Source: an uncultured virus (IMG/VR IMGVR_UViG_3300031539_000016)
Taxonomy: Duplodnaviria; Heunggongvirae; Uroviricota; Caudoviricetes
IMG/VR virus record: IMGVR_UViG_3300031539_000016
Reading direction: 5' to 3' (one strand)
DNA: 20,000 nt
The number at the start of each line of letters is the position of its first letter. Position 1 is the first letter of the stretch. The notes beneath the pieces were generated by a model. That model did not search any database, was not told the origin of the DNA, and was given only the letters and a program-made list of their open reading frames with translations. A program made the position numbers and the translations under genes. Of this stretch, positions 9,402 through 17,504 are shown one piece after another.

Positions 9402-10081
9402 TGGGATTACATTTTAAAGATATAAAATATTTTGAAGAGATGTCAGATTATTTAAAACATAAAAAATACATTGGAAGTTTTAACGGTTTAAGATTGTGTG
9501 AGTTTGGCGATTTATGGATTAGATCAGATTTGCATGAGTATATGCGCCATCGATTAGCTAGACAGTATTTTGAAAGCAAAGGTTTTGAAGTTAGTGTTAT
9601 AGATTTGGGGGTAGGTACAGAAGATATTAAAGCATCTGAAAAAAGAACAGGTACCCCTATTTTACGATATGATCTATCTAAGCCTATTACAGATAAACTA
9701 AACGAGTTTGATTTTATAGTTGATTTTGGTACAGCTGAACATATAGAGAATCAATATGAGTTGAATAAAAATATACATAATTTATGTAAAGTAGGCGGTA
9801 TTATTATACGTTCTAATCCTTCAGACAAGTATAGCGGGGGGTATTTTCCTAAACATCACGGGCTATTTCACTATACTCATGCTTTTTATACAAAGCTTTC
9901 CCAGCTTTGTAAATATAAGATAGTTGATATTAGAGAAACGGCTCAAAAATATTGGCCTAGTGATATACCGGGTAGAAAGAATTTTACATATGTAACTATA
10001 ATAAAAACTGAAAATTGTGGTTTTCCATCAATAGATGATTTTAATAAAATAGCTGTTGAGTTGGGGCGGTATAAGAAATGA
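9401..10081 (+). CDS. Class I SAM methyltransferase-like protein
   Basis: GTG start overlapping the upstream TAG, with GAGGTG upstream. Degenerate motif I LCEFGD, then SVIDL and YDLSKPI...FDFIVDFGTAEHIENQ...NIHNLCKVGGIII. Confidence 0.72.
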   Translation: MGLHFKDIKYFEEMSDYLKHKKYIGSFNGLRLCEFGDLWIRSDLHEYMRHRLARQYFESKGFEVSVIDLGVGTEDIKASEKRTGTPILRYDLSKPITDKLNEFDFIVDFGTAEHIENQYELNKNIHNLCKVGGIIIRSNPSDKYSGGYFPKHHGLFHYTHAFYTKLSQLCKYKIVDIRETAQKYWPSDIPGRKNFTYVTIIKTENCGFPSIDDFNKIAVELGRYKK

Positions 10082-10989
10082 AAATCTTACTTGTCGGCTG
10101 GAACAGACTTGGGAAACGTAAGAAAGGTAACTGGAATCACGAATTATTTAGAAGAGAAATGGCTAGACAGCACGAGGTTGTATTTTTTGGTATAGGATAT
10201 GAAGGATATAATAGTAAGCTAACAGTACCAGATGTTTTAAAAATTTATCCTGGTGTAGATGCTGTGTTAACTCATTTTGAACACCGCGATAGAGCTTTAG
10301 CTCCAGGGCTTGAAGATGTAAAAAATGTTTTAAAGGTTCATATAATGGGAGGAGATTACGATGAGTCATCTTTTAGAAGTTATGACGCTCATTTTCATAA
10401 AGTTAAGTATGATATAATTTTTCCTAGGTATAGTTTACAGACAAGAACTTTAAAAGAACGTAATATTGGTGGCAACCATTATCTTTTGCCATGGTCTGTT
10501 GATATAAACAAGTATTATAAGTACGGGGTTGAAAAAACTGTAGATGTTATGATGTCATCCCAAATAAATCGGTCGCACCCTAATAGATATAAATTAAAAA
10601 GAATGATAGCTAAAATGGATGTGAATTCTTTTTTACAAAAAATTCTTTTCGAAAAATATATTCAGAAGATTAATGAGTCGAAAATATTTGCTACATGTAA
10701 TATAAAAGAAGGTGAGTTAACTGGTAAATATAGTGAAGTAATGGCTTGTGGAACTTTTTTATTAACAACTCGACCAGACGATTTACATATACTTGGTTAT
10801 AAAAATAAAAAACATTTAGTTCTTTATAAAAAAGATTTCAGTGATCTAGAAGCTAAAATAAAATATTTTCTTAAACATGAAGATGTAAGAGAATATATTG
10901 CAAAAAATGGGATGAAGTTTGTTAGGAAACACCATAACCACGAAGTTAGAGTTAAAGAGTTTGCAGAGATAGTGGAGAAGGAATTGTAA
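10078..10989 (+). CDS. GT-B glycosyltransferase, CgeB/Glyco_trans_1_2-like (paralog B)
   Basis: ATGA overlap. Collinear with 5653-6570: ELFRR, GLE(N/D)VKN, YIQKINESKIF, KYSEVMACGTFLLTT, HLVLY, IAKNGMKFV. Confidence 0.82.
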   Translation: MKILLVGWNRLGKRKKGNWNHELFRREMARQHEVVFFGIGYEGYNSKLTVPDVLKIYPGVDAVLTHFEHRDRALAPGLEDVKNVLKVHIMGGDYDESSFRSYDAHFHKVKYDIIFPRYSLQTRTLKERNIGGNHYLLPWSVDINKYYKYGVEKTVDVMMSSQINRSHPNRYKLKRMIAKMDVNSFLQKILFEKYIQKINESKIFATCNIKEGELTGKYSEVMACGTFLLTTRPDDLHILGYKNKKHLVLYKKDFSDLEAKIKYFLKHEDVREYIAKNGMKFVRKHHNHEVRVKEFAEIVEKEL

Positions 10990-11005
10990 GAGGAGTAGAT
11001 TAAGA

Positions 11006-11545
11006 ATGACTACAAAGTATAAAAAACATCAATATATTATTGAAGATGTTATTAAAGAAAACAATTTTAAAATTATAGCTGAGATTGGAATATATAATGG
11101 GACTATGACAGATCATATATTGACTACATGTGAATCTGTAAACGAATATTGGGCTATTGATCAATGGATCGCATTATCTGAAAAGCACGATAAGCTGGCT
11201 AATATGACAGAACAGGATTGGTATGCTAAATACTGTATGGTGTGTAAATTACTATTGACACACAAAGCATTGAGAATTTTAAAGATGACATCTGTTGACG
11301 CTGCTAAGTTATTTCCTGATAATTATTTTGACTTTGTGTTTATAGATGCCAGCCATTTTTATGAGGATACAAAAACAGACATACTTGCATGGCATCCTAA
11401 AGTAAAAATTGGTAAGATGTTGGCCGGGCATGATTATGGCAGAGGCGGTCAGAGAGGGTTTGGTGTTGAAAAAGCAGTCGATGAAATTTTTGGTAGTGGT
11501 AGTGTAGAAATACTGGGAAAGTCTACGTGGGTTAAAAGAATTTAA
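11006..11545 (+). CDS. Methyltransf_24 SAM methyltransferase (paralog 5 of 5)
   Basis: SD GAGGAG. Motifs AEIGIYNG, EYWAIDQW, YFDFVFIDASHFY, LAGHDY, GVEKAVDE. Confidence 0.87.
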   Translation: MTTKYKKHQYIIEDVIKENNFKIIAEIGIYNGTMTDHILTTCESVNEYWAIDQWIALSEKHDKLANMTEQDWYAKYCMVCKLLLTHKALRILKMTSVDAAKLFPDNYFDFVFIDASHFYEDTKTDILAWHPKVKIGKMLAGHDYGRGGQRGFGVEKAVDEIFGSGSVEILGKSTWVKRI

Positions 11546-11560
11546 ATTAAAGGAGTTAAT

Positions 11561-12154
11561 ATGTATTATATTGATATGGATTCAGGGGTTTGGAGCTTAG
11601 ACACTGCAAAAAAGCGGCATAGATATGATTCTAAATTAGCAGATTATATAGCAATGTCGTATAAGAATATAGCTTCAGTTGCAGATGTTGGTTGTGGTAC
11701 AGGCAATTATTGTAAATGTTTAAAGGATAGTGGTATTCCCATTGTTCATGGATATGAAGGCACTGTTGGTATAAAAGAAATAGCGGTATATGATGATATT
11801 ATGACAGTTGATTTAACTAAACGTAGGTGGGTTGGGATTAATTACGATTTAGTTATATGTTTAGAAGTAGGCGAGCACGTTCCTAAAAATTATGAGCAAG
11901 TGTTTATTGATAATGTTTGTAGGTATGTTAGTAAAGACTTAATTCTTAGCTGGGCAGTGCCTGGACAAGGAGGAGCTGGTCATTTTAATGAATTATCTAA
12001 CGAATATGTTATAAGAGAGTTATCTAAAAGAGGATTTGTGTTTGATGCCGAGAGGAGTGAGGAGCTTAGAAAACACGCCACGTTTAAGTGGTTTAAAAAT
12101 ACTATATTGTTTTTTTATTTAGATGGTAGTGAAAAAGATGAAAAGATGCTCTAA
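11561..12154 (+). CDS. Class I SAM methyltransferase (Methyltransf_23/11-like)
   Basis: SD AAGGAG. Motifs VADVGCGTGNY, YDLVICLEVGEHVP, ILSWAVPGQGGAGHFNE. Confidence 0.85.
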   Translation: MYYIDMDSGVWSLDTAKKRHRYDSKLADYIAMSYKNIASVADVGCGTGNYCKCLKDSGIPIVHGYEGTVGIKEIAVYDDIMTVDLTKRRWVGINYDLVICLEVGEHVPKNYEQVFIDNVCRYVSKDLILSWAVPGQGGAGHFNELSNEYVIRELSKRGFVFDAERSEELRKHATFKWFKNTILFFYLDGSEKDEKML

Positions 12155-12863
12155 ATGTAGAGAAATAAAAGAAAGAAAATATTTTTTTAAGCGGGTCGAA
12201 TCTAAGGATGGGTTAGCGCCTTTATGTAAGGTGTGTGCTGAACAATATGCTAAAGAATATAATGAAAGAAATAGGGATAAAATAAAGGAATATAATGCAC
12301 AATACTACGAAAAAAATAAGGAGGCATGTAGAGAACGGTTTAGGAAGTATAATAAGAAAAATAAAGATAAAATAGCCAAACGAAGAAAAGAATATTTTAC
12401 ACAGTATAACAAGACTAATAAAGAACGGGCTAAACAATATAGAGAATATAATAAAGAGAGAATACAGGAGTACGCTAAGCAGTATTATAATGATAATAAA
12501 TCTAGGATTATAAAACAGCATAATAAATATAAGAAACAGAAACGTAAAAACAGCCCAAGATATAGATTAAATGCTAATATGGGGGCTGGAATGTGGTACA
12601 GCCTCAGAATGAAAAAAAATAAACAGCATTGGGAATCTTTAGTTGATTTTACATTGGATGAGCTTATAAACCACCTAGAAAAGCAGTTTAGAGGTGGTAT
12701 GTCATGGAATAACTATGGTGGTTGGCATGTGGATCATATAATACCTAAGTCGCATTTCAAGTACGAATGTTCAGAAGATGAAGAATTTAAAAGATGTTGG
12801 AGTTTAACTAATTTACAACCGTTGTGGGCAGAAGAAAATTTTAAGAAAGGCGGTAGTATTTAA
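12138..12863 (+). CDS. HNH endonuclease-like protein with N-terminal Cys4 zinc finger and ~15-aa helical repeats
   Basis: MKRCSKC...F.K...KDGL...CKVC, then repeated (K/A/R)xYxxxNKxxI units, then the C-terminal GMSWNNYGGWHVDHIIPKS...NLQPLWAEENFKKG. Start is 12138 or 12123. Confidence 0.8.
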   Translation: MKRCSKCREIKERKYFFKRVESKDGLAPLCKVCAEQYAKEYNERNRDKIKEYNAQYYEKNKEACRERFRKYNKKNKDKIAKRRKEYFTQYNKTNKERAKQYREYNKERIQEYAKQYYNDNKSRIIKQHNKYKKQKRKNSPRYRLNANMGAGMWYSLRMKKNKQHWESLVDFTLDELINHLEKQFRGGMSWNNYGGWHVDHIIPKSHFKYECSEDEEFKRCWSLTNLQPLWAEENFKKGGSI

Positions 12864-12865
12864 CA

Positions 12866-13759
12866 ATGGGAAAAGTTGAAAAAGGTTTTATAGACACTAA
12901 GAAACTAGCCAAAGGTTTAGAGGATGCTTGGTATCGTAGTATGAAAGACAGGGGTGGTTTTTTGTGCTGGGACGGTGTTTTTACGAAGCCTGTAACTAAG
13001 CAAAATAAAATTTCGCTTTGTACGACATGTATGGACCGTTTAAGTGATTTGAAGCAAACACTCCCTCAAAATATTAAGGATAATTCTGATTACTCGAATA
13101 TAGAATTTGTAGTGTTGGATTATAACAGCAAGAAGGATAATGTCGGTGAGTGGATTAAGAACGAAATGATGGAACATATAGATAGTGGTAAGCTTGTATA
13201 TTTAAGAACAGAAGAGCCTGAATTTTTTGATATGTCGCATTCTAGGAACATTGCTTTTTTAGCTGCCAGTGGGGACATTGTAAATAATGTAGATGCTGAT
13301 GCTTTTACTCCCCCAACCAAAGAGTACGGATTTGCAACATATATAAACAAGCTAGCTAATGAGCAGTCAGAAAAGGCTATATTTGCAAAAAGTAGACAAT
13401 TACTTAGAGGTAGGTTGGGGTTTTACAGACAAGACTTTATGGATATACTAGGTGGGTATGATGAAACCAATCTCAAATTTTATGGAAATGATGATGCAAA
13501 TTTGCAGAATAGAGCGTGGGAATTAGGTTTTAAAATGATGTCTTTTCGCGGTCAATTTTGTGGGATAATTCCAGATCATATAAAACATAAAGAGGGGAAC
13601 TACCCAATGCCCTGGTGGGAATCAGAAGGTGAAAATAGGCTTATTTCTTATGCTACTATAATCATCAAACAATTTAAAGCGAATAAAGGCAGGGTTTGGG
13701 GAAAAGCAAAATTAGTAAAGAATTTTGAAGAAGAGATAGAAACTGGAGTACAAGGATAA
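12866..13759 (+). CDS. GT-A glycosyltransferase (GT2 with GT7/galactosyltransferase-like C-terminal motif)
   Basis: Motifs ISLCTTCMDR, EFVVLDYNS, SHSRNIAF..ASGDIV.NVDAD (DxD), LGGYDE...YGNDD.NL..R. Confidence 0.85.
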   Translation: MGKVEKGFIDTKKLAKGLEDAWYRSMKDRGGFLCWDGVFTKPVTKQNKISLCTTCMDRLSDLKQTLPQNIKDNSDYSNIEFVVLDYNSKKDNVGEWIKNEMMEHIDSGKLVYLRTEEPEFFDMSHSRNIAFLAASGDIVNNVDADAFTPPTKEYGFATYINKLANEQSEKAIFAKSRQLLRGRLGFYRQDFMDILGGYDETNLKFYGNDDANLQNRAWELGFKMMSFRGQFCGIIPDHIKHKEGNYPMPWWESEGENRLISYATIIIKQFKANKGRVWGKAKLVKNFEEEIETGVQG

Positions 13760-13771
13760 GGAGGATTACTA

Positions 13772-14572
13772 GTGAAAAGATTACTAGTTGCTAATAAACA
13801 AAAGACAGGAAAATCTAGGTATTTTCACGAACGAATGGAAATCATGTTAAAGGCTCAAATAGAGAATTTATTAGAGCTCGGATGGCATCCACAAAATATT
13901 ATTTTATTGACGAACTTTTATTTTGAATTTATGGGAATTAAATCCGAAGTTATAAAATTAAATGATTTTTGCTTGAGTGGTTCGAAAATGTGGGCATTAA
14001 AATTTTTGTTTGATAACAACAGAGTTGATGGCATTATACATGCATCAGATCTAGATTGTTGGCAAAATAGTTGGTTTGATTGTCCGGACTTTAGTACTGA
14101 TGTGGGAGCTTGTGAATATAGTAACCCTAAATTTAATGGCGGTTCAATTTTTTGGAATCCAGGTGCTAAAGATATTGTGGATGAGGTTGTTAGAGTACTA
14201 ACCGAGACAAAAGCTAAAAGTGAGGAACCTACTTTAAATAAAATTTTTAGGTCGGATAAATATAAAAACAGGGTTTCAGTTTTAAATTCAACTTACAATG
14301 TAGGTTGTTCTGGGTTTTTTGAGAGATTAACAAGAAGTGAGAGGCCTATAAAAGTTTGTCATTTCCAACCACAAAATACTGTCGCTTGGGAAATTCACGG
14401 CTTAAATCGCGACGGAATCGGCGAGATTGCTGTAACTATAAGGTTGGAAAGATTGTTGAGAAAATATTATCCAGACCTAGCAATAGAACTAAAAGATGAA
14501 ACTGTGCCACAACAAAAGAGAGATCAAAGAGAAGCAAAACGACTGAAAAAAAATAAGGGTAAAAAGGATTAA
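13772..14572 (+). CDS. Putative GT-A glycosyltransferase (GT8-like)
   Basis: GTG start after AAGGAGGA. Motifs SKMWAL, SDLDCW (DxD), FNGGSIF, EEPTLN, LNSTYN and VCHF occur in the order of GT8 motifs (DxD, FNxG, DQxxLN, YN, IIHF). Confidence 0.62.
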   Translation: MKRLLVANKQKTGKSRYFHERMEIMLKAQIENLLELGWHPQNIILLTNFYFEFMGIKSEVIKLNDFCLSGSKMWALKFLFDNNRVDGIIHASDLDCWQNSWFDCPDFSTDVGACEYSNPKFNGGSIFWNPGAKDIVDEVVRVLTETKAKSEEPTLNKIFRSDKYKNRVSVLNSTYNVGCSGFFERLTRSERPIKVCHFQPQNTVAWEIHGLNRDGIGEIAVTIRLERLLRKYYPDLAIELKDETVPQQKRDQREAKRLKKNKGKKD

Positions 14573-14577
14573 TTATT

Positions 14578-16368
14578 ATGTCAAATATTCACGAAATGGT
14601 TTCAGTTGCTGGTAGTTTTGATAAAGCTGAGGAAATGGCTAAAAGCCTTATCAAAGAAAAAGGACCAGAATATCTTTTGGATCTTGGGCTTCTTTATTCA
14701 TGGCGTGGTAAGATAGAGGAATCTTGGGAATGTATTAAGAGAGCTTCAGAAGCCTCGCCAGACGACGATAGGGTTGCTTATAATAGAGGATGGCATTACT
14801 TACTTCAAGGACGATTTTGGGAAGGATATGAACTTCTGAATAGGGCTAGAAATGTTGATATATGGTCTAAAAATACAATTAGTAATCAACCATCGTGGGG
14901 TGGAGAAGATATTAAAGGTAAACACGTGCTTTTTTATGCTGAAGCTGGGTTTGGTGATGAGGTTGCTTATATAAGATTTGCCCGTGAAATTAGTAAATTA
15001 GGAGCACATGTAACTGTTATAGCAAGTCCCGGACTAGTTCCTATATTTGCAAGGATTCCAGAATTAAGTTGTGTAGCAGCTAGAAAACTAGGGTTTGGTG
15101 ATGCAAGTGGGGATCCTAACATTGCTCAGGGAATTTATCATGATTACTGGGTTCGTTCTTTAGAATCTCCTATAGCTTTAAAAACAGAATGGGGTGATAT
15201 ACACGGCGAGCCTTATATAGTACCTCGCAGTGGTTATGTTCAAAAATTTAGTAGATATATAAGGTCAGATAAGATCCGTGTCGGGATCAGGTGGTTAGGG
15301 CAGGCAGGATTAGATTATGAAAATAGAATTTTCCCCCGAGATCAATTTTTTGAGGCAGTAACTCAAGATCATGTTCAGCTTTTTTCATTACAAAAAGATC
15401 ACAGTAGAGATGGGTTACCTAAACATATTGTAGATTTAGAAGTAGTTTTGGATACTTGGGAAGATACGGCTGGAGCCATTGCTAATCTTGATCTTGTAAT
15501 AACCTCATGCACTTCCATAGCTCATTTAGCAGCTGCTATGGGGAAGCCTACGTGGATTATAATACCTGTAATGATGTATGTAACATGGTGTTATCCAGGA
15601 GACACAACGCCTTGGTATGATAGTGCTACTTTATTTAGACAAGAAGTTTACGATGAATGGCATCAACCATTTAACAAAATTAAGGAAAGATTAAAGACTT
15701 TTGAAAGAAAATCTACTGCAACTTTTTTTTATAAACCTGAATTTTTTGATGTTAAAGATATGGAAGAAGCAAAGACAGCTATTGTGACAGTTGAGAGGTG
15801 GGATAGTGAAACCCCGTATTTAGTTGAGCAGATAGGAGAATTTCTTAAACCTACCGAAGATACTATGATTTTGGATTACGGTTGTGGGGCAGGTAGATTG
15901 GCTAAAGAATTGATTGATAAATATAATTGCTATGTATTAGGAGTTGATATTAGTCAATCTATGCAGCGTCTAGCGATTGAATATGTAGATTCTCCAAGAT
16001 TTTCTATATGTTACCCAGAGGTGTTTAATAGAATGTTATTTGATGGATTTAAGGCTGATCATGCCATTGCTGTTTGGATTTTACAGCATTGTTTAGAGGT
16101 TGATAAAATTATAAAAAACATTAATAAAGCTTTGAAGCCAGATGGGTTGTTGTATGTTGTGAATGATGTTAAGTCTTTGATACCGACTAAGATAGCGCGC
16201 TCAGGTGGTTGGTCCCAAGATGAGACAGATGTTTATAAGTTATTATTAGAGGAGTTTGTAGAACTTGATCATTGTAAATTGTCAGAAGATATAGCTCCAA
16301 AAGAAATAGCTGAAAGAAGTTATATTTCTAAACTTAAAAAGAGGGATTTAAATGAGTCTGTGGTATGA
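14578..16368 (+). CDS. TPR + GT9-like glycosyltransferase + class I methyltransferase fusion
   Basis: TPR helices YLLDLGLLYSWRGKIEES...ASPDDDRVAYNRG. GT-B motifs PSWGGEDIKGKHVLFYAEAGFGDE and WEDTAGAIANLDLVITSCTSIAHLAAAMGKPTW...PWYDS..LFRQ. An MTase domain starts at about nt 15721 with ILDYGCGAGRL, VLGVDIS, WILQHC and LKPDG. Confidence 0.85.
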   Translation: MSNIHEMVSVAGSFDKAEEMAKSLIKEKGPEYLLDLGLLYSWRGKIEESWECIKRASEASPDDDRVAYNRGWHYLLQGRFWEGYELLNRARNVDIWSKNTISNQPSWGGEDIKGKHVLFYAEAGFGDEVAYIRFAREISKLGAHVTVIASPGLVPIFARIPELSCVAARKLGFGDASGDPNIAQGIYHDYWVRSLESPIALKTEWGDIHGEPYIVPRSGYVQKFSRYIRSDKIRVGIRWLGQAGLDYENRIFPRDQFFEAVTQDHVQLFSLQKDHSRDGLPKHIVDLEVVLDTWEDTAGAIANLDLVITSCTSIAHLAAAMGKPTWIIIPVMMYVTWCYPGDTTPWYDSATLFRQEVYDEWHQPFNKIKERLKTFERKSTATFFYKPEFFDVKDMEEAKTAIVTVERWDSETPYLVEQIGEFLKPTEDTMILDYGCGAGRLAKELIDKYNCYVLGVDISQSMQRLAIEYVDSPRFSICYPEVFNRMLFDGFKADHAIAVWILQHCLEVDKIIKNINKALKPDGLLYVVNDVKSLIPTKIARSGGWSQDETDVYKLLLEEFVELDHCKLSEDIAPKEIAERSYISKLKKRDLNESVV

Positions 16369-16429
16369 TGATGTAGTTTTGTTTGGCAAACGAGATACGA
16401 TGATTGACCAATGTGGTTTAATAGGATAA
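16352..16429 (+). other. 25-codon mini-ORF (possible gene remnant)
   Basis: GAGGG 6 nt before ATG. Reads MSLWYDDVVLFGKRDTMIDQCGLIG*, overlaps the upstream stop and fills most of the gap before the HNH gene. Confidence 0.25.
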
Positions 16430-16443
16430 AAGGTTGACAAATC

Positions 16444-17058
16444 ATGTTAAAACCTAATTTATGTAAATGCGGTTGTGGTGGGGAAATAGAAATTAAACCA
16501 CACCATAAATATCATGGAATACCTAAATACATCAATGGCCATTATTGGCAAGGCAAAAAAAGACCAGAACATTCTAAAATAATGAAGGGCCGAAAAAACC
16601 CATCAAACACGGAAAGACTTATAAGAAATAATCCTATGAATAATCCAGAAAGTAGACAGAAAATAGGAGATTCAAATAGAGGTATAAAAAATGGTATGTA
16701 TGGTAAAGGATATAAACAACGAGGAAAAAATAATCCAAATTGGAAAGGTGGCAAGGTTCCAGAAAATGCAATGATTAGGGGTTCTAAGGAATACAAAGAA
16801 TGGAGACAAGAAGTTTATGAGCGAGATGATTATACATGTCAAATATGCAACGCCCGTGGAGTGCCACTGATAGCACATCATTTGTTTGGATTTGCGAATT
16901 TTCTGGCATTGAGGTTTAGTATATGGAATGGCATCACTCTTTGTGAAAAATGTCATTATTGGGTTCATTCAAATAAAAATAAAGATAAATTATACATAAA
17001 GGAGCTGTATGCGGTTAAATTTGGGATGCGGGGGAGATATTCAAGAAGGGTATGTTAA
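16444..17058 (+). CDS. Free-standing HNH endonuclease with NUMOD3-like DNA-binding motifs
   Basis: LCKCGCG...KYINGH, GKKRPEHSK.MKG, NPM..PESRQKIG..NRG.KNGMYGK, NNPNWKGG, then EYKEWRQEVYERDDYTCQIC...AHH...NGITLCEKCH. Confidence 0.87.
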   Translation: MLKPNLCKCGCGGEIEIKPHHKYHGIPKYINGHYWQGKKRPEHSKIMKGRKNPSNTERLIRNNPMNNPESRQKIGDSNRGIKNGMYGKGYKQRGKNNPNWKGGKVPENAMIRGSKEYKEWRQEVYERDDYTCQICNARGVPLIAHHLFGFANFLALRFSIWNGITLCEKCHYWVHSNKNKDKLYIKELYAVKFGMRGRYSRRVC

Positions 17059-17491
17059 TATAGATATTAGACATCTTCCCGGTGTTGACGTGATTGCTGA
17101 TGTTCGTAATCTTCCATTTAAAAATAACTCTGTAGACACGATAAGAGCGTTAGATGTTTATGAGCATATATCACATCGTGAGTCTCAAAAATTATTAATA
17201 CATTGGGTGTCGCTGTTAAAAACTGGTGGTTTGCTTTATATACGTGGTCCTTGTATTAATAGAATAATTCAATATTTTCTTCTTGAAGATTTAGATAATA
17301 ACAATAATGATTTAGGAAGAATAGAATTGTTTATTGATAATATCTTTGGATCTCAGGATTATTTGGAAAACTTACATCGCACAACAATTCATCCAGATCT
17401 AATGTATTATTATCTTAGCCAAGCTGGAATTACAGGCATGATTGAACGGCAATTAGAAGGACATAATATTAAAATAAGAGCTTATAAATAA
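17009..17491 (+). CDS. Class I SAM methyltransferase (Methyltransf_11-like)
   Basis: SD AAGGAG at 16999-17004. MRLNLGCG...GYVNID...DVIADV..LPF..NSVD.I.A.DVYEH...LKTGG.L.I..P. Overlaps the HNH 3' end by 50 nt. Confidence 0.85.
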   Translation: MRLNLGCGGDIQEGYVNIDIRHLPGVDVIADVRNLPFKNNSVDTIRALDVYEHISHRESQKLLIHWVSLLKTGGLLYIRGPCINRIIQYFLLEDLDNNNNDLGRIELFIDNIFGSQDYLENLHRTTIHPDLMYYYLSQAGITGMIERQLEGHNIKIRAYK

Positions 17492-17504
17492 GGGGGAAGA
17501 AGTT

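Noticed and set aside
16404..16462. Sigma70 promoter from TTGACA at 16434 or TTGACC at 16404
   Set aside because: TTGACA has no -10 box at the right spacing and sits 4 nt before the ATG. TTGACC pairs only with a weak TAAAAG.
12123..17058. HNH genes as group I intron-encoded ORFs splitting host genes
   Set aside because: The flanking genes look complete and there is no non-coding space for a ribozyme core.
5096..17491. MTases as DNA methyltransferases, with the HNH genes forming restriction-modification systems
   Set aside because: I saw no DPPY/NPPY or C5 PCQ-type catalytic motifs or target-recognition domains. The proteins are short, small-molecule-type MTases interleaved with GTs.
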